Source of the DNA: Glaucostegus cemiculus | Lineage: Eukaryota | Direction: 5' to 3' | DNA: 64,000 nucleotides | NCBI GenBank assembly: GCA_976551045.1 | Contig: CDPCPM010000241.1 | Coordinates: 5,270,001 to 5,334,000, forward strand | Part shown: piece by piece, positions 47,819 through 62,074 of the stretch | Position numbering within the stretch: the first letter of the stretch is position 1 | Layout: every line of letters starts with the position of its first letter | Position numbers and translations under genes: made by a program | Notes under the pieces: model-generated | Databases searched by the model: none | What the model saw: only the letters and a program-made list of their open reading frames with translations | Told to the model about the DNA's origin: nothing

Positions 47819-50800
47819 TTCTCAAACAACTGGTATGGTTGGAAAGATCATAAGTAAAGTATTCAAGCGCCAACAGATAATTGACGCATGTTGCCGTAGC
47901 TGTTGCTTGAAAAGAAGCGTTTTATACGGATACCTTCTCATTCCGGTAGTTTATTCGAAGCATACCTGCTGGGAATAATTAAATCAGACCCCGTGTATTC
48001 ACATAATACGACGTCAACAAACAAACAAAAGGGAAGAAAAGATGAAATTGTATTTTCATAGTGTCTACTTGTCCCCGGGACCTTACAATATACTTTATGA
48101 TCTGGAAGTATTTTGGATATTATTGAAAAGTAGGACCCAATAGACTGACCCATTCCATCTCTACAAGCTCCCAACCACCACTGAAAATCAAAAACCAAAC
48201 CTACAAGGATAGTACCACCAAACAAAACTGGAAAAGATGTGCATCAAACAACAATAATATGCATTCACAGAGTACTATCGTACAGTAAAAGGATGGAATA
48301 ACTTTTCGGAAATATAGTTTAACTTCCAACTCTCCAGTTATATTTTCCATTCCTGGCCACCCCAGAAAAAGTGCAGAAACAGACAAGCCAACAGCAATAA
48401 CAACACACTCCAACATCAAAACATTCAAAACAGGACCATATACAAAGATCACTGAGACAAGAAAAGTTTAATGCGCAGACGTATAGTGAAAGACATTTAC
48501 GCAGACGTCAATGACGTGTAAGCACAAATGTACGGTAAATACTGAAGACACATTAAAATGGACCAAGAGCCTCTTTCAGTGATACACGGTTCCACTTAAC
48601 AAAATAATGCTCACAAATAAAGCATACAATTTACCAAAATATACACCACATAGTATTTAAGTTACATTCATGCACACAATATATTTACATACAAAGTGCA
48701 GTGACTCTGGAAGGAAGAGGTTATAGGGAATATTTATGCGTGGCTGACTGTAATGAGATGAAACGCCTTATCTGAAATAGCGGGTGGAATGATAATCCAG
48801 AATATGCTTTAAAGGAAGATTAGAAAAATACGTGGAATGGCAATATGGAAAAGGTTAAACGTATAGGGCCTGGAAATAACGCTTCAGAGGAGAGGCAATG
48901 ACATTGGGCAGAATGGCCTCTTTAATAATAGCTCAGCACGAAACGAGAAAAAAACGCATGCAGCAACGGACATACGCAACATACAAAATGCACATTGGAC
49001 AGAACGTAATTATACATGTAACTCACAAATAATGTCATGCTGAACACAACAAATAACAGACATCAAAAGAGAACATGGCATAGCTTCGTAAACAAACACA
49101 CAAACAATTATCATAACCCTCGGATGACTTACTGTGTTTCTAAACTGCTATCAGTTTTGAAATTGACGAACCGTTATTAACAAGATCTATTAGTCCTCCT
49201 AATATACTAATTTATTTAAAATACTGACCTTGAAATTCAACACAACTACTTATTGAATGGCACCGAACAGCACTCTCTACCATCAGTAATTGTTGGGAAT
49301 ACATTTAACTTTTAAGCATTACCCGTTTAATGAATCATGCTAACCACTCTTTCACTGGTCTAATAAACCTACGGTGACATTTACTTGGGTGGTTATGCTG
49401 GAAGATATATGTAAGAGTTTCTGTTTCTATCCGGATTAGAGTACTTACTGATAATGGTATATTAATGTTATAAGATTGAAACTAAACTAATGGTCACATA
49501 CCGCGGAGAAGCAAACGAGTAAAACTGTATGCCTCAACTACACAGCACCACATATTTTATCATTGTTTTTAAATGCAATCAACTACCTGAATCTGAGAAT
49601 TTATCTCAGAAGACATTTTGGCATGAGATAGACTTTGCTCAGTGGTTTTTGGAATTTTGCATACCCGTTTTAGTTTACATGCCTTCGCTCCTCTCATTTT
49701 TGAAGAAATTTGGGTGGTAAGGTCAAGGGGTGAACTGTGGATGAGGGGCAAGCACTTTCGCTCACAGAAGTGTCTTGTATCTTAGTACGACAACGTTAGT
49801 AAAACTGATAGCTGAAATCATAAAACTTTGTTTCGCATAGTAATCGACTAGGATCTTAATGCTGATAGAGGAAAGCTATACCTATCCCAATAATTGCAAT
49901 TTAAAATACTAGAAGTGATGCACTGACATGGCCTATTTACGACCCAGGAACCTTGCTACTTTACTGATGATACTGTATAATTTAATTTCCTTTGGCTGGA
50001 GTTTGAATTCATCAGGAAAGATATGCCCTTAGTTCCCTGCAGAGGACGCTGTCCTTACCATGGGAGTTCTGAAGCCCAGTCTCCTCAAGGCGCCAGCCCC
50101 CTGCCTGCACCCTCCCCCACCTTCCAACCCCCAGAAAATGAACACCTGTAAATCATGCTCCGGTGAGAGTCAGCCCACGTTTCAGAGCTAATGTCCGTCA
50201 AACTTCGTATCATCAGAGGGCGACATTTATGATCAGCAAAAAGGAACAAAGGCTTCAAGTATACTTGAATTTATGGATTTTGGATTATTTGGTGAATCAC
50301 ATGCATCAATGAAATTACAATTTTAATCAAAACCAGCCCCTGATATGTCCAACGAATGACATTTGAAGGTTTGAAGTTTTGAAGCCTCTCTCTTCACCTT
50401 TCGACATTAATTGGCCCAAGGGCACCACGAGCACTTGAATAATCTAATACGGGCATAATTAATTAATATTCAAAACCCCAAAGCACAATCACGAACATAT
50501 TACGACACTAGACATATAGGCTCATATAACGTAACATAAATTATCAGCAGTCTCTGTGAATATCATCGACAAAGATCTAATCCAAGTTAATAGAAATAAA
50601 TAGAAAAAGCTAAATTCGGAGAACGTACACAGGGCGACACGGCATTATATGACAATAAAGCTATTAACTTCATGTAGTTTCAGGTAGTCTTTCATAATTT
50701 AAGATGTTAACTCTCTGTAAATTTCTGGCAACAAGTTAAAGTTCAGTTTGTACAATTTAATTTTATACTGTTATTCACTAATGATCGGTGTAGAGTGTTT

Positions 50801-52725
50801 AATTTCGACATGATAGAGTCACGTGTATAAAATGCTTAACATTTCCAAAGTTCGTAAACAAGTTTAAGAACCGAGAACAACCGAGTTGATGCAATAAGGC
50901 AACCATTCAGTAAAGAACTGGGACTATCGATGCTATCACCCTGTTAAAAATCTTCAACTGATAACCTACTTCTCACTAAAGTGACATCAGGTTTATTGAA
51001 AATGTATCATCTTAATGTATTTTACTATCAATAGTTAATTATCTTTACCATACATAATCTGGCGGTTTGTTACACAACAGCGGGTTCAGATGAGAGTGCA
51101 GACTATTATCCGTTGAGTTAACTAATTCTTTCTCTCTCCCTTTCTGACTTCCTCGCTCTTAAACACACAAACACATGGACAACCCCTGTCCCACTGTTCC
51201 CCTGCTTGCCCTCTTTCTTCCTTTTCCTGCTGTTTTTTTTCTTTCACACACAGGCTCGCATTGTTTTCCGCTGACACTTTTGTTCTTCAGTTTACACACC
51301 ATCTGAATTCTGTTTCACACACTCAATCATTTTCACATCTCTTCCCTTTCTTATAACACTCAATTGTACTGACGCGTTGCTAACTCTCACATGTTCATTC
51401 CTCTCGGTCCTATTCTCAGACACAATTTTCACTCACACTCATTCTCATCGTCTGACTCCCTCACCTGTTGCATTGTCTCTTCTCATTTAAGAATCCTAGT
51501 GTAAAACAAAAGGATGGAAGTAAGAAAAATGCACAACAAAGACTTTATAGGATGTGCAATATAGAATTCACCGACTTCCACTGCCCTTAACACCCTGCGA
51601 GGATCACAAAACGCTTATAAGTTCCCTTCAAAAATCGATTGCTTTCTCCAAATGTTTCTTATCTTAACGTTAATAATCCACATCTCTTTATTCTTAATTA
51701 CGCTGTATTGTAATGAATCTAGAATCTCTAGCCCGTCCTGACTTCATACTACGCGCATATACAATGTAATTGGTATATTTTGGTAATAACAACCGTTGAT
51801 TAAATTGTATCATTGATTTTAATAGAGGGCTATATTACATTCGATTCTAAACCAGCCTTCATTACTGTTATTCACTTGTTTAAAGAATTTGTCTAAAAAA
51901 AACCAGTTCAACGAATTCCATTGAAATACATTTTTTTCTGCATTCTTAAAAAATAAAACATAGTCGTTAAGTTTTGAAGTTGTGCAAAGTGCATCCTGAT
52001 GGGTGGGCGCATGCCACGTTTACAGTTCAAGTTGTGGCCGATCTGACCTATAAACTCCATCCGTCCAATAGACGAACTACCTGAGATAATCTTTTAGTTA
52101 TTCATTGATATTGAATATAACACAAACCGAGCAACAGACTGCACATTACTGAACTGTTGATAGGAACTCATACACATTGAACATCATTAACGGTTATATT
52201 GGCGTTTTCTTTAAATCGAATAATCTGTCCTTTGAGAACGCTGGACTACACGACAATGAATCAGATACAAGGAGAATAATAGGACAGAACAAGTTTTGCC
52301 TTGAACGTGTAAAATTAATTCCACATTGATAAGCAAATAGCGATGCCATTCACTCACCAGATTGATAAGTTCAGCTATTTGTTATCTTATTTCACAAAAA
52401 ATAGCTCAGATGTGATGTCAAGATTATATTGTGCTGCGGACAGCCCATGATGTGCTTCCCAACAGGCTGTTATTGAATGTGTTAGTGGCGTAATTCTGTT
52501 TAAAATTGATAGGTTGCTCTTCTATAATGGATTTAGTCAAGCAGGTCTAGTTGGTTGCTTAAGTGCAATCTTTGTGGAACGGTGTTTTCTCTGTATAACT
52601 TTATTCTTGCATCTGCGAAGTATTAGTAGTTGGGTTTAAATATACACGTTGATAAATGGAATAGAAATACACACAGTGTCAATCATACAGATACCAAGAA
52701 AGAGGTAGTCATAAACACATAGAGG

Positions 52726-52726
<1 letters not shown>

Positions 52727-52776
<50 letters not shown>

Positions 52777-52980
52777 GTGCACACATTCAGGCACTGTGAT
52801 GCAGTCAAATTCCCAAACACTGAGACGATATTCGGATACATAGATAGACGAATGCTTCTTCACAAATACAGACACACACAAACACACACGCACATGCACA
52901 AATTTACATACAGATACACAAACACACACACACAGACATGCACAAACTTACATACAGATACACAAACAAAACACACACAC
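52727..52980. repeat. (AC)n microsatellite (52727-52773) with degenerate AC-rich extension
   Basis: Directly visible. Confidence 0.95.
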
Positions 52981-54715
52981 CTACAAATGAAAGGTGTCCA
53001 CCGATCCAGGCTGCAAGAATTGAAGGTCAGACACACATATACAGCAGTTGTATCCTATAAATAGATTTTGATATTTAGGAAGATATATTTTACTCGATTA
53101 ACTTACAGGATAATGGCACAAATACATCATTCACTGAACTTGTTATTCACGAATGAGCAACGTCTGTCGAATATCATATTCATCTTTCTCCCGGTTTGTC
53201 TGCCACAATCGATACCGATAAGGGCGTCTGAAGCCCGAGAGGAGAGACAGTCAGTAACCTGTGAACAGCAGCACCGTGACAAGAACAATATACAGTATTC
53301 CCCTGATCAGTGCCAATGGCATATTTAAAGCAACTGCATCTCTGCCAACAACTTGTTGGCAATTACGGTGTAGAGTCGTTATTGTAAAATCTTTAGATCA
53401 AACCGCAGTTATCACCAGTGTACAGTGAAGCAACGGAAGGAGAGACTGCTTGTTTAAAATATGTTTAATTGCTTAATTTCTCTGCGTTGGTTAAATCTCT
53501 CTTACAGTATCGCAAGGTCAACAAACTACAGCAAACCTTTTCTGTCTCATGCAGAATGACATAACCAAAGTTCACAACCGCAACAGGTCCACTCACGTTA
53601 ATTTGCAGTAACAATCCGCAAAAGAATACGGGCCACATTTTACCCAAGAAATTATGCCATTTGGAATGGTGATGACTGGGATTTCTCTCAGTAGTTTCGA
53701 GAAAAGAAGCAATTCAGATAACTGAACTGGTCATGAAGGCTGCGCTTGAATTATTAACATCACAGAATTTTATTTCCTGCTATGTAATTACTGACAGTGA
53801 ACAACTGCTTTAAAATTCTCCCCTTTTCAAAAATGGGCCCTGAAGCTTTCACATTTCACCAAAATGCCTTGCATTTGTAAAATTCATCAATTGAATGCAC
53901 GCTATTTGTAAGATATTGTAAGTAAAAGTGGCGGACAATGAACATTGCACAACTATATTGTCTCAGGGAAGGTTTGAATAAATTTGTACAAGTAGAACCA
54001 GCTTTGAATTCACAGCCAATGGAAAGATATAATACATTTGAAACGTTGCAGCAAAGACCGCTGCTGCTATTGGATTGCTTATGCTTTCATTAAGTTAATT
54101 TACTCAGATTATTTAACTTCATATAACTGCCTGTTAAACTAGTAATCGCACCAGTGCAGAACAACGTTATGATCAAGCCTAATTTCGTGAGTTCATTGTT
54201 AATACTATTTTCCCAAAAGAGTGGTCCATAATTTCTATTTTGTTCCATCCTCATGAGCTAAAATATAAGCAAAGTTTTAATGAAACCCAATTGATGTTTT
54301 ATATAACGCAGTTTAGACTGTTATCCATTAGAAATGCGCCCCAAATTATTCTCCTATAATATTCTACAGCTTACATAAATGCAAAATAGACATTTTCCTC
54401 TGCATTAGTAACCCAAAGATAATGCCTGATGGGTTACGTTATTGTCTTGCAGGTTATGTGCCTGATTTTAACATGCGAGAGATCATGGCATACGCAATAT
54501 ACTAATGTGTTCCGGGCAAGTAATCCATATTTATAATTTGTTGGGCTGGCTTAAATTGTTGACAGAAATAAAAAACTTCGCAGAAAAGTTTTAGTTACAT
54601 TTATGATTAAATATTATAAATATACAAAGCATCCGGGAACAATGACAAAATGGACATAACAATTAACATTATTGCTCTAGTGTAAATCGTGGAAGTTTCC
54701 AGGTTTTTGGAAATT

Positions 54716-54780
54716 AAAATACTGCAGATGCTGAAAATCTGAAATAAAAACTGAAAGTGCTGCAAACACTCAGTCGGCTG
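54716..54780 (-). mobile_element. Penelope pseudo-LTR end fragment
   Basis: actgcagatgctgaaaatctgaaataaaaactgaaagtgctgcaaacactcag matches 19213-19260. Confidence 0.75.
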
Positions 54781-54833
54781 AAACAATTGCAATGATATTA
54801 ATATAATCTCATGCATCCGCTGTCCCTGTTGTT

Positions 54834-54868
<35 letters not shown>

Positions 54869-54962
54869 CATCCATCCATCTATCTGTCTATCTATCTATC
54901 TATCTATCTAGTTAGTTAGCTAGCGGGCTAGCTAGATGAATAGATAGCTAGCTATCGATAGA
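54834..54962. repeat. Compound tetranucleotide microsatellite (ATCA)n(TCCA)n(TCTA)n then GCTA/TAGA units
   Basis: Directly visible. Confidence 0.95.
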
Positions 54963-56214
54963 TCCGTCTGTTCTGGCTAAAAATGGATAGAAAACAGATA
55001 GATAGATAGATCACATTCACGGGGCATTATAAAATGAGTTTTGCTGAGTGACATTCCGACTAACCTATTTGACATTTTTTCACATTTGCTGAACAATAGA
55101 AATTATACGCTTTTTGAATATTGAAATATTTCCGTTTGTTGAATGTTGTAGATCTGCGTTTAAAAACTTCACAGCTAGATGTTCATAGCCAAAGAAAGCA
55201 AATGTAGATGTTTTTTGTTTGCTTTTACGTAGAATTGGTAAAGGCTATGACATGTTTTTTTTGACGCTGCTATGCATTTTATTGAATTGTTTCCTTCTAT
55301 TTCAACATTGCGTGGTTTAATTTAGATACTCAAAACAATAAGAAAATATATAAACAATAGCAATCGTCACAAATAAAAGTGAGGCTGCTAATTAAACCTT
55401 TCATTCATTGTATTAGCGAATTCATCTTTGCACCTCGGCAGTTACCCAATTTACATCTTACCAGGTGTTTGGGGGCAACACTTTTGAGTTAAAGGGCGTT
55501 ATCTTAAAAAAACATTTTGTATGTTTTCCTGGATATGAAGAGTTGTTAGGCTCAAAACAAGTGGGTTGGGGTGGCTGTGTGGTAGGGCTGGGGGAGGTGT
55601 GCAAGGTAAGATTCCAGACTGTAAGGTCAACAAAAATCAGCTAAAATAGGCTCAAGTTGCTTACTCTTTTTCTTTCTTGAATTTATAAAATATGAGGTAC
55701 ACGCCGTAACTCTTTTGAACTGTACTTTCTTAAACGTTTTAAGGGTCTTATATATTTATTCGGTTTTGTTCTTAAGAATATACATTTCAATAAATAAAGA
55801 ACAGCGCAGGAAGAGGGACGAAATTGTTTGGATTTAGCTTGATGGCCGCATGAGACAAAGTAAAATAAAGTCAACAAAAACAAAAGGGAATATCCATAGA
55901 ATATCTTTCTCCTAAAGTTGATCAAAAGATTTTTTCCCATTATTTTTGATTCAGAAAAAGCTAATAAGACACGCAACGTCTTTTCAATTGTCGAATGTCT
56001 TTATTCCAGAAAAGGGATTACCGCCAGGAAACACAGGAACAAAAGAAAAAATGGCTGAAGTTTTGATTCCAAACTCACGAAAGCCGGAAGGTCTCGACTT
56101 TTTGACGTTATTATCGCGTTTGTGCAAGCCTGACTTTATATTGTAGACTAACCCCGGGTCTCAGGCCGATTCCTGAACTGTCACCTACACCACAAACTTC
56201 CACTGCCCATCCCA

Positions 56215-56379
56215 NNNNNNNNNNNNNNNNNNNNNNNNNNNNNNNNNNNNNNNNNNNNNNNNNNNNNNNNNNNNNNNNNNNNNNNNNNNNNNNNNNNNNN
56301 NNNNNNNNNNNNNNNNNNNNNNNNNNNNNNNNNNNNNNNNNNNNNNNNNNNNNNNNNNNNNNNNNNNNNNNNNNNNNNN
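56215..56379. other. Assembly gap (165 N)
   Basis: Run of N. Confidence 1.
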
Positions 56380-56464
56380 AAATTGCAATATTTGAAGGGC
56401 TTATTTGTTGGCGGAAAGCACGTCATGTTAAGTATCTGAATACACTAAGAAAGTAAAAATGCCT

Positions 56465-56535
56465 GATGCGGCCTGACTTGCTGAATATTTCCAGTATGTT
56501 CTGTTTTTATTTTAGATTTCTAGCGTTTGCAGCTC
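56465..56535 (+). mobile_element. Penelope pseudo-LTR end fragment
   Basis: gatgcggcctgacttgctgaatatttccagtatgttctgtttttatttagatttctagcgtttgcag matches 19839-19885 and the reverse complement of 54716-54780. Confidence 0.75.
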
Positions 56536-59500
56536 TTTGGTTTTATTTCTACTAGAATCATGAAGTATTGTTTTAGGATTTTAGAGAACACATACATGTG
56601 CTTTTCATCGACCATATCCGATTTAAACGATATGTTGGATTCATAATTAATCTGCACGGACACCCATTAACCTCCTGCTTCTTTCATTTCAGTAAGATAC
56701 CATAGAAAATAGGAACAGAGTAAAATAGTTTTCATAGCTTCGAGTTACTTCCAAGTTGATTTAAATTTGAATTTAAAATATGTAACTTTCTGATTAATTA
56801 ATCAACTTCGGACACAATTATAATATTTATCGTAATGTTTTAATTGATTAAAATGAAGTCATGCAAAATATTAAAATACTATGCCATTTTAAAATTAATG
56901 CTCATTTTTAAACATTGAATAAATTTGAAATGTTTCTGGTGGTTATTGCAAATATAGAATGATCAAGTATGTTTATTTCTATCATTTATCCATCTACCAA
57001 GCTAAGACGTGAGCTTGCTAAATCAAACTTTGCAAATAAGACCGACAAAGGGGCTGTGAGAATTAAGTCTCCAACGTTTGGTCTATCTTCCTATTACTGC
57101 ATTAATTTGTTTTAAGTCGACTTATTTGGTAACTCATTGTCTGCTATGAAATATGCTCGGAGAAATGGTCTATAATTAAAAGTCACTCGAATTCTATTGA
57201 AATCCAAATTATTCCCATTGTTAAATAATTGCATAGAAAATTAAAACGGACAATAGAAATATTTACAGTACACGGTAAACGAACATACAAAAACAACCAA
57301 GAAGCACATTAGCATTTAATGGGGAAACTAGGTTTTGAAATAAAATGTTATCAGGCACGTCATACTGGAAGTTTAATTTTGTAATACATACACCAAAGTA
57401 CTACAAGAGCAAGATTTAAGTTTTGCTTTCCAAACTAATGATAGTTAATCGCGTACTCTGAAATGTTTACTTTTAAATAATTGAATGGCGCATTGGTGCT
57501 TTATCTGATTGTGATATAAAATATGTATAGAGAACAGCTGTTTGCAACGGCTTCTCCTTTCGTTTATTAACAAGCAGGGTTGGTTTATCAATTTTAATGA
57601 AGTTAGTGAGTTCCTAATGCCTGATTTAAATAATTATTTATTGATGTCCCGTAGTGATGCTGTATCAGGACAAAAGTTTGGGAACAACTGGTGTCGCGTT
57701 GGGTATTTATGCCGGGCTATAACTTGGTGCATTATACGGTCAACAGTTCGTAGTTTTAAAGAACATTTTTTTCAGAAACGATCTCCTTTTGTACTATGTG
57801 ATTTCGGAAACAGTTCAGGCAATTCCGTCTTTTTAAAATGTATATAGGGTTTGTGGTCCTGTTGCAAAGGCCAGATCGTATCTCGTATCAGTGACAGTTT
57901 AATAAAATTTATCTCACGTTTTAATTAAACTGATCCCATTTCCAAGCAATTTATCCTTGATTATCCTCACCTTGTTTTATACGGGCAAATGTAAACAGAA
58001 CACGGTACGGCCTGGTTCTGATATCCATGTTGTGTTGTACAATAAGTTTCATATAAACATAGGCAGCCATTGAGTACTTTGATAGTACGGTGACAACTTG
58101 ATCAAGTTTGATTTCTTTTGTAAACAATAAAACAAGTCGCCCGGAAGCCGCCCATGATTCGAAGCATTGTGTTAACAACTGAAGCTACTGCTTTAAATAT
58201 GTGGTCCGGACAGCAGAAGCGGTTTACTTTGCTCCCCCCGCTCCGCACAAAGAACTACAAGGCTACAATGCTCATTAGTTCGCTACATTTCCAAATGTTT
58301 CACCAAACAGTATCGCCGTGTAAAGAGCCGACTGCAATAAAACTGAAGGATTTTGCTTTACAATGTTTTGGATTTCTGCGCTCCTGCTTGTGCTGCAAGT
58401 ACACAGTCATCGTGGGGCTCAGGGAGGGAAAAAGAGAAGAAAAGGAAAGCTGTGAATGCGGCTACATAACGGGTCCAATCACAAAAGATCGCCTTATTGA
58501 ATGGTTGTGGGGAGCGTCGTCTTAAAAAACATTTACGCATAAGTTACATGAGAGATGAGTCTAGGTTGAATTGGTATTTATGTTTTAATTAAGTGAACAA
58601 ATTGGCGTTTGCTATTGAAAGAGGAGGGTAAAGTGTCATGGAAAGGTAATGGGAAGTTGCTGGGAAGCAGCTGGTGGCGATGAGGTCTGGTTCAAGCAGC
58701 GGTCAGAGAGGCTGCCATCTTTTGTTTTCCTTCTTCAGAATCCACTTCCTTCCTGCAGGGGATGTACTCAGCGTCTTCGCTGCGGCTTTCTCGCGACTAT
58801 GCCATCAGCCACCCCGAATGTTTGTTTTCCTTTTGTGAGCTCTTGCCAAACAGGAAAACAACCAATTTCATTGCATCATCTGGCAAGATAGAACTTCATT
58901 CCGATGTCTTTCATCTTCTGGTAATTTCAGGCTGATGAAATATCAGCAATATAATTGGTGCTTCTCTTTTATTAAGATTGTAAGAAGTTAAAAGGAGTGC
59001 GTCTAATTACTCTAAATGTCACCCCACCCCCACAATCTAAACTTGACCAACCCCTCCCCCCGGTAGGGGCAAATAGGCGGCTGCTTTTTTTACCACCACA
59101 AAGATCATTGCCTTCACACAAAGTGTGCCATTGTCCCACCTGAAAAAAAGCATGTCTTTAAAAAGAAGCAAGAACAACATGTCTAAACGTTGACAACTCT
59201 GCCTGGAATGGCAACATGGACGTGAATGATTTTGGCCAGTGACGGGCCATCAAACTCTCGCACTCTTATGTTTTATTTACCAATATGTCACCAGGGTGAA
59301 ACGTAGCAGTATGTTGCTTTCATGGTTTGAGCCAAGCTCAGCAAAGTAAACTGTTTTGTCATCAAGTAAAATTGCTTAGCAGTATATATTATCATGTAAC
59401 ATAATGAAACACAGTATCTGTGACATTTTGCTCGTATTTCATCAAACGGTGCATTAAAATACAAAGGAGATGGTTAGGTAAGACAACAGAGCCTATATCT

Positions 59501-60231
59501 TACCACTGAGCTACAGCATTATTGAATACGGGCAGAACATACTGCTATAATGTCCAGTAATTGATCTTAATAGTGTGATAAATACACTTACCCTTTACAA
59601 TGCACCGGTTCCTGACATTATTTATGAAATGTGAAATTAAAAATGAAATATATGTTTCATTGAGTTGGCAGTATGTTATCAAAGTCTAACAATGTAAAAT
59701 ATTCATGATAACACAAAAATCTGAAAATATATATTCTGTGAGCCAATGATGTAGGTTGTAATACCCAGAAATGTGATGCCAAACTGTGACAGGGCATAAG
59801 TTTAATTCCCCAGCAATCTTGCCATTGTGTGATGCTGTATGTGGGTTATTATCAAGAATGTCAAAAAAGCATGACAAAGTACACCTGTTATCTCTACTAA
59901 CATGCCAGCAATCTATGATAAAATATTATGCTATCATACAGTAATATGTCATTACTGTGTGGTAAAGGATAATATTATACCAAAGAAATCATCAAAGAAA
60001 GAAGTACTTGATACTTTTGTTTTCTAGCATTGTATTATTGCAATCTAGCTGAATATGTCCATTATTACCTGGTGATATGTTAACAAGTGTGGCAAGCTAT
60101 AATTGTGACTATAAATTAATATACTTTATATGAGAATACTACATCAAAATATAGAAAACTGTGTGTCCTCTTTCAGTAACACATGGCAGAAATTTGTATT
60201 TCTCTCCAGCAATTCTTAAAAGGTAATAATT

Positions 60232-60612
60232 AATTGGTATTGCTAATTGGTTCATTATTGTCACATGTATCAAGATACAGAGAAAAACTTTGTTTTGCAT
60301 GCTAACCATACAGATCATTCCAAAACATAAGTACATCAAGGTAGTACAAAGGAAAAGGCAATATTAGAATGCAGAATTTAGTGTTACAGTTACAGAGAAA
60401 GAGAAGTGCAGGGAGACAAATAAGGTGCAAAGGCCATGATGAGGTTGATCGAGAGATCTTTATTGTGTAAGAGGCCTGTTCAAGAGTCTTATAACAGAAG
60501 GATAGAAGCTGTACTTGAGCATGGTGGGCGTGTTTTCAAGTTTCTGTATTTTCTGCTTAGTGGAAGGGGGGAGAAGAGAGAATAATTGAGATGGAAGGGG
60601 TCTTTGATTACA
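60232..60612 (-). mobile_element. Rex1/Babar-type LINE 3' end
   Basis: The minus strand reads IKDPFHLNYSLFSPLPLSRKYRNLKTRPPCSSTASILLL, a decayed IKDPTHPGHSLFSPLPSGRRYRSL..RTTRLKNSF motif. It is followed by the tail ...tgtgacaataatgaaccaatt. Confidence 0.85.
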
Positions 60613-61519
60613 TGGTCACTCTCCTGAACCAACAGGCCAGTAGAATATTAGTCCCCAAATATTGAAATAACAAGTAGTGGGCTAACTGTATCAGTTTAAA
60701 GTCGCCACTTGCCCAGTAGTGATATTCCTGACTCTGAGCCAAAAAGTAATGAGCCTGAAACTCTCTCCAGGCAACTTTGATAGTGAAGACTGGAATATGG
60801 TCTTGCCATATTGGACTGGCATTACATAATCATTTGCACCTAGATGGAATAATCACTATGTCACAGCAAGGATTTCTGCCCCAGATTCCAAAGATAAATG
60901 ATAAGACCCCCATTCTAGAATGTTCTGAGTTGATGCTGTAATATAGTCCCTAATTACTGAGCCAATAACCTGTGAGATACCTGCATCCAGATTGCATTAC
61001 CAACTACTCAGTGGTAGTTATCCTGTTTCACAGTGAAAAAGGGTTCCATTCCATCCTACCCTTGGCAGCAAAAGTTGGTATACTGCCTTTAAATACTGGA
61101 TCTCCAGTAGGGCTACTTGCAACCACTTGATGTCTAGTTCTCACCATTATAAAGAGGAAATATCCTTTTATCCCAGGCAACAGTCCATCAATGAGAAGAT
61201 AAGGCAAAGATAAAACAAAATACTGCTCTTCCTCCAGTAAATGGATTAATAATTTCATGCTCAAGATTTAAATTGGAAAACACCAAGGAGAAAACATAGT
61301 GAACAAATGGAATGCATCATGAATATAAACCAGGAATTAGATCTGGTTATGCATCATACTGGAACATGGTACAATCGTACTTAGTAATATACAGTCAAGG
61401 TGCAACAATGTTTTTGCTATATTCAAATATGAGAAATTATTGTTTGGATTCATTAATATTTATACACATATGATCACAATAAAACAGATACACGGGTTAA
61501 AGCAGAGAAAGTGTAGACA

Positions 61520-61965
61520 TTTGGAATAGGAATATAGAAATAGGGGTAAGACATTCAGTCCCTCACATCTCTGGCATTGAATGAGATCACGGCTGATATG
61601 TACCTTTTTAATCTACCTGAATGGTCTCCACATCCTTTCATTTACAAAAATAGCAATTGACTTTAGATTATAAAATTGTGCTTTTTATAGGAAAGAGTTC
61701 TGCACTTCTGCCATCCTGATGGGAAAAATGTTTTGTAACTTCTCTTCTGGTTGCTTGGTTCTGATCTATGATTATGTTCATTGCTTCAATTCCACATCAT
61801 GGAAAAACTTCCTGTTGATAAACTTCTTCCAAAATCTTAAAATCCCTACTCAGGTCATTCCTTGTTTTCTCATATTCTGTGGAATTCAGTCCCTGTTTTT
61901 GTACGCAAGAGTATGCTTGTCAAAATGGCTCAGAGCCAAGTATTGGCAGCCACCACCCTATTAGC
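61520..61965 (-). mobile_element. Highly decayed CR1 3' fragment
   Basis: aggaatatagaaataggggtaagacattcagtccctc...gaatgagatcacggctgat...ggaaagagttctgcacttctgccatcctgatgggaaaaatg. Confidence 0.6.
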
Positions 61966-62074
61966 CTAACCCCGGTAAGAACCGTTATTATTGGTTCAGT
62001 CCTGCATTCTCACTCCATGTCAGTAGATTGTGAATTCAAGACCTATTTCAAAAATTTGCATTAATCATCATCAT

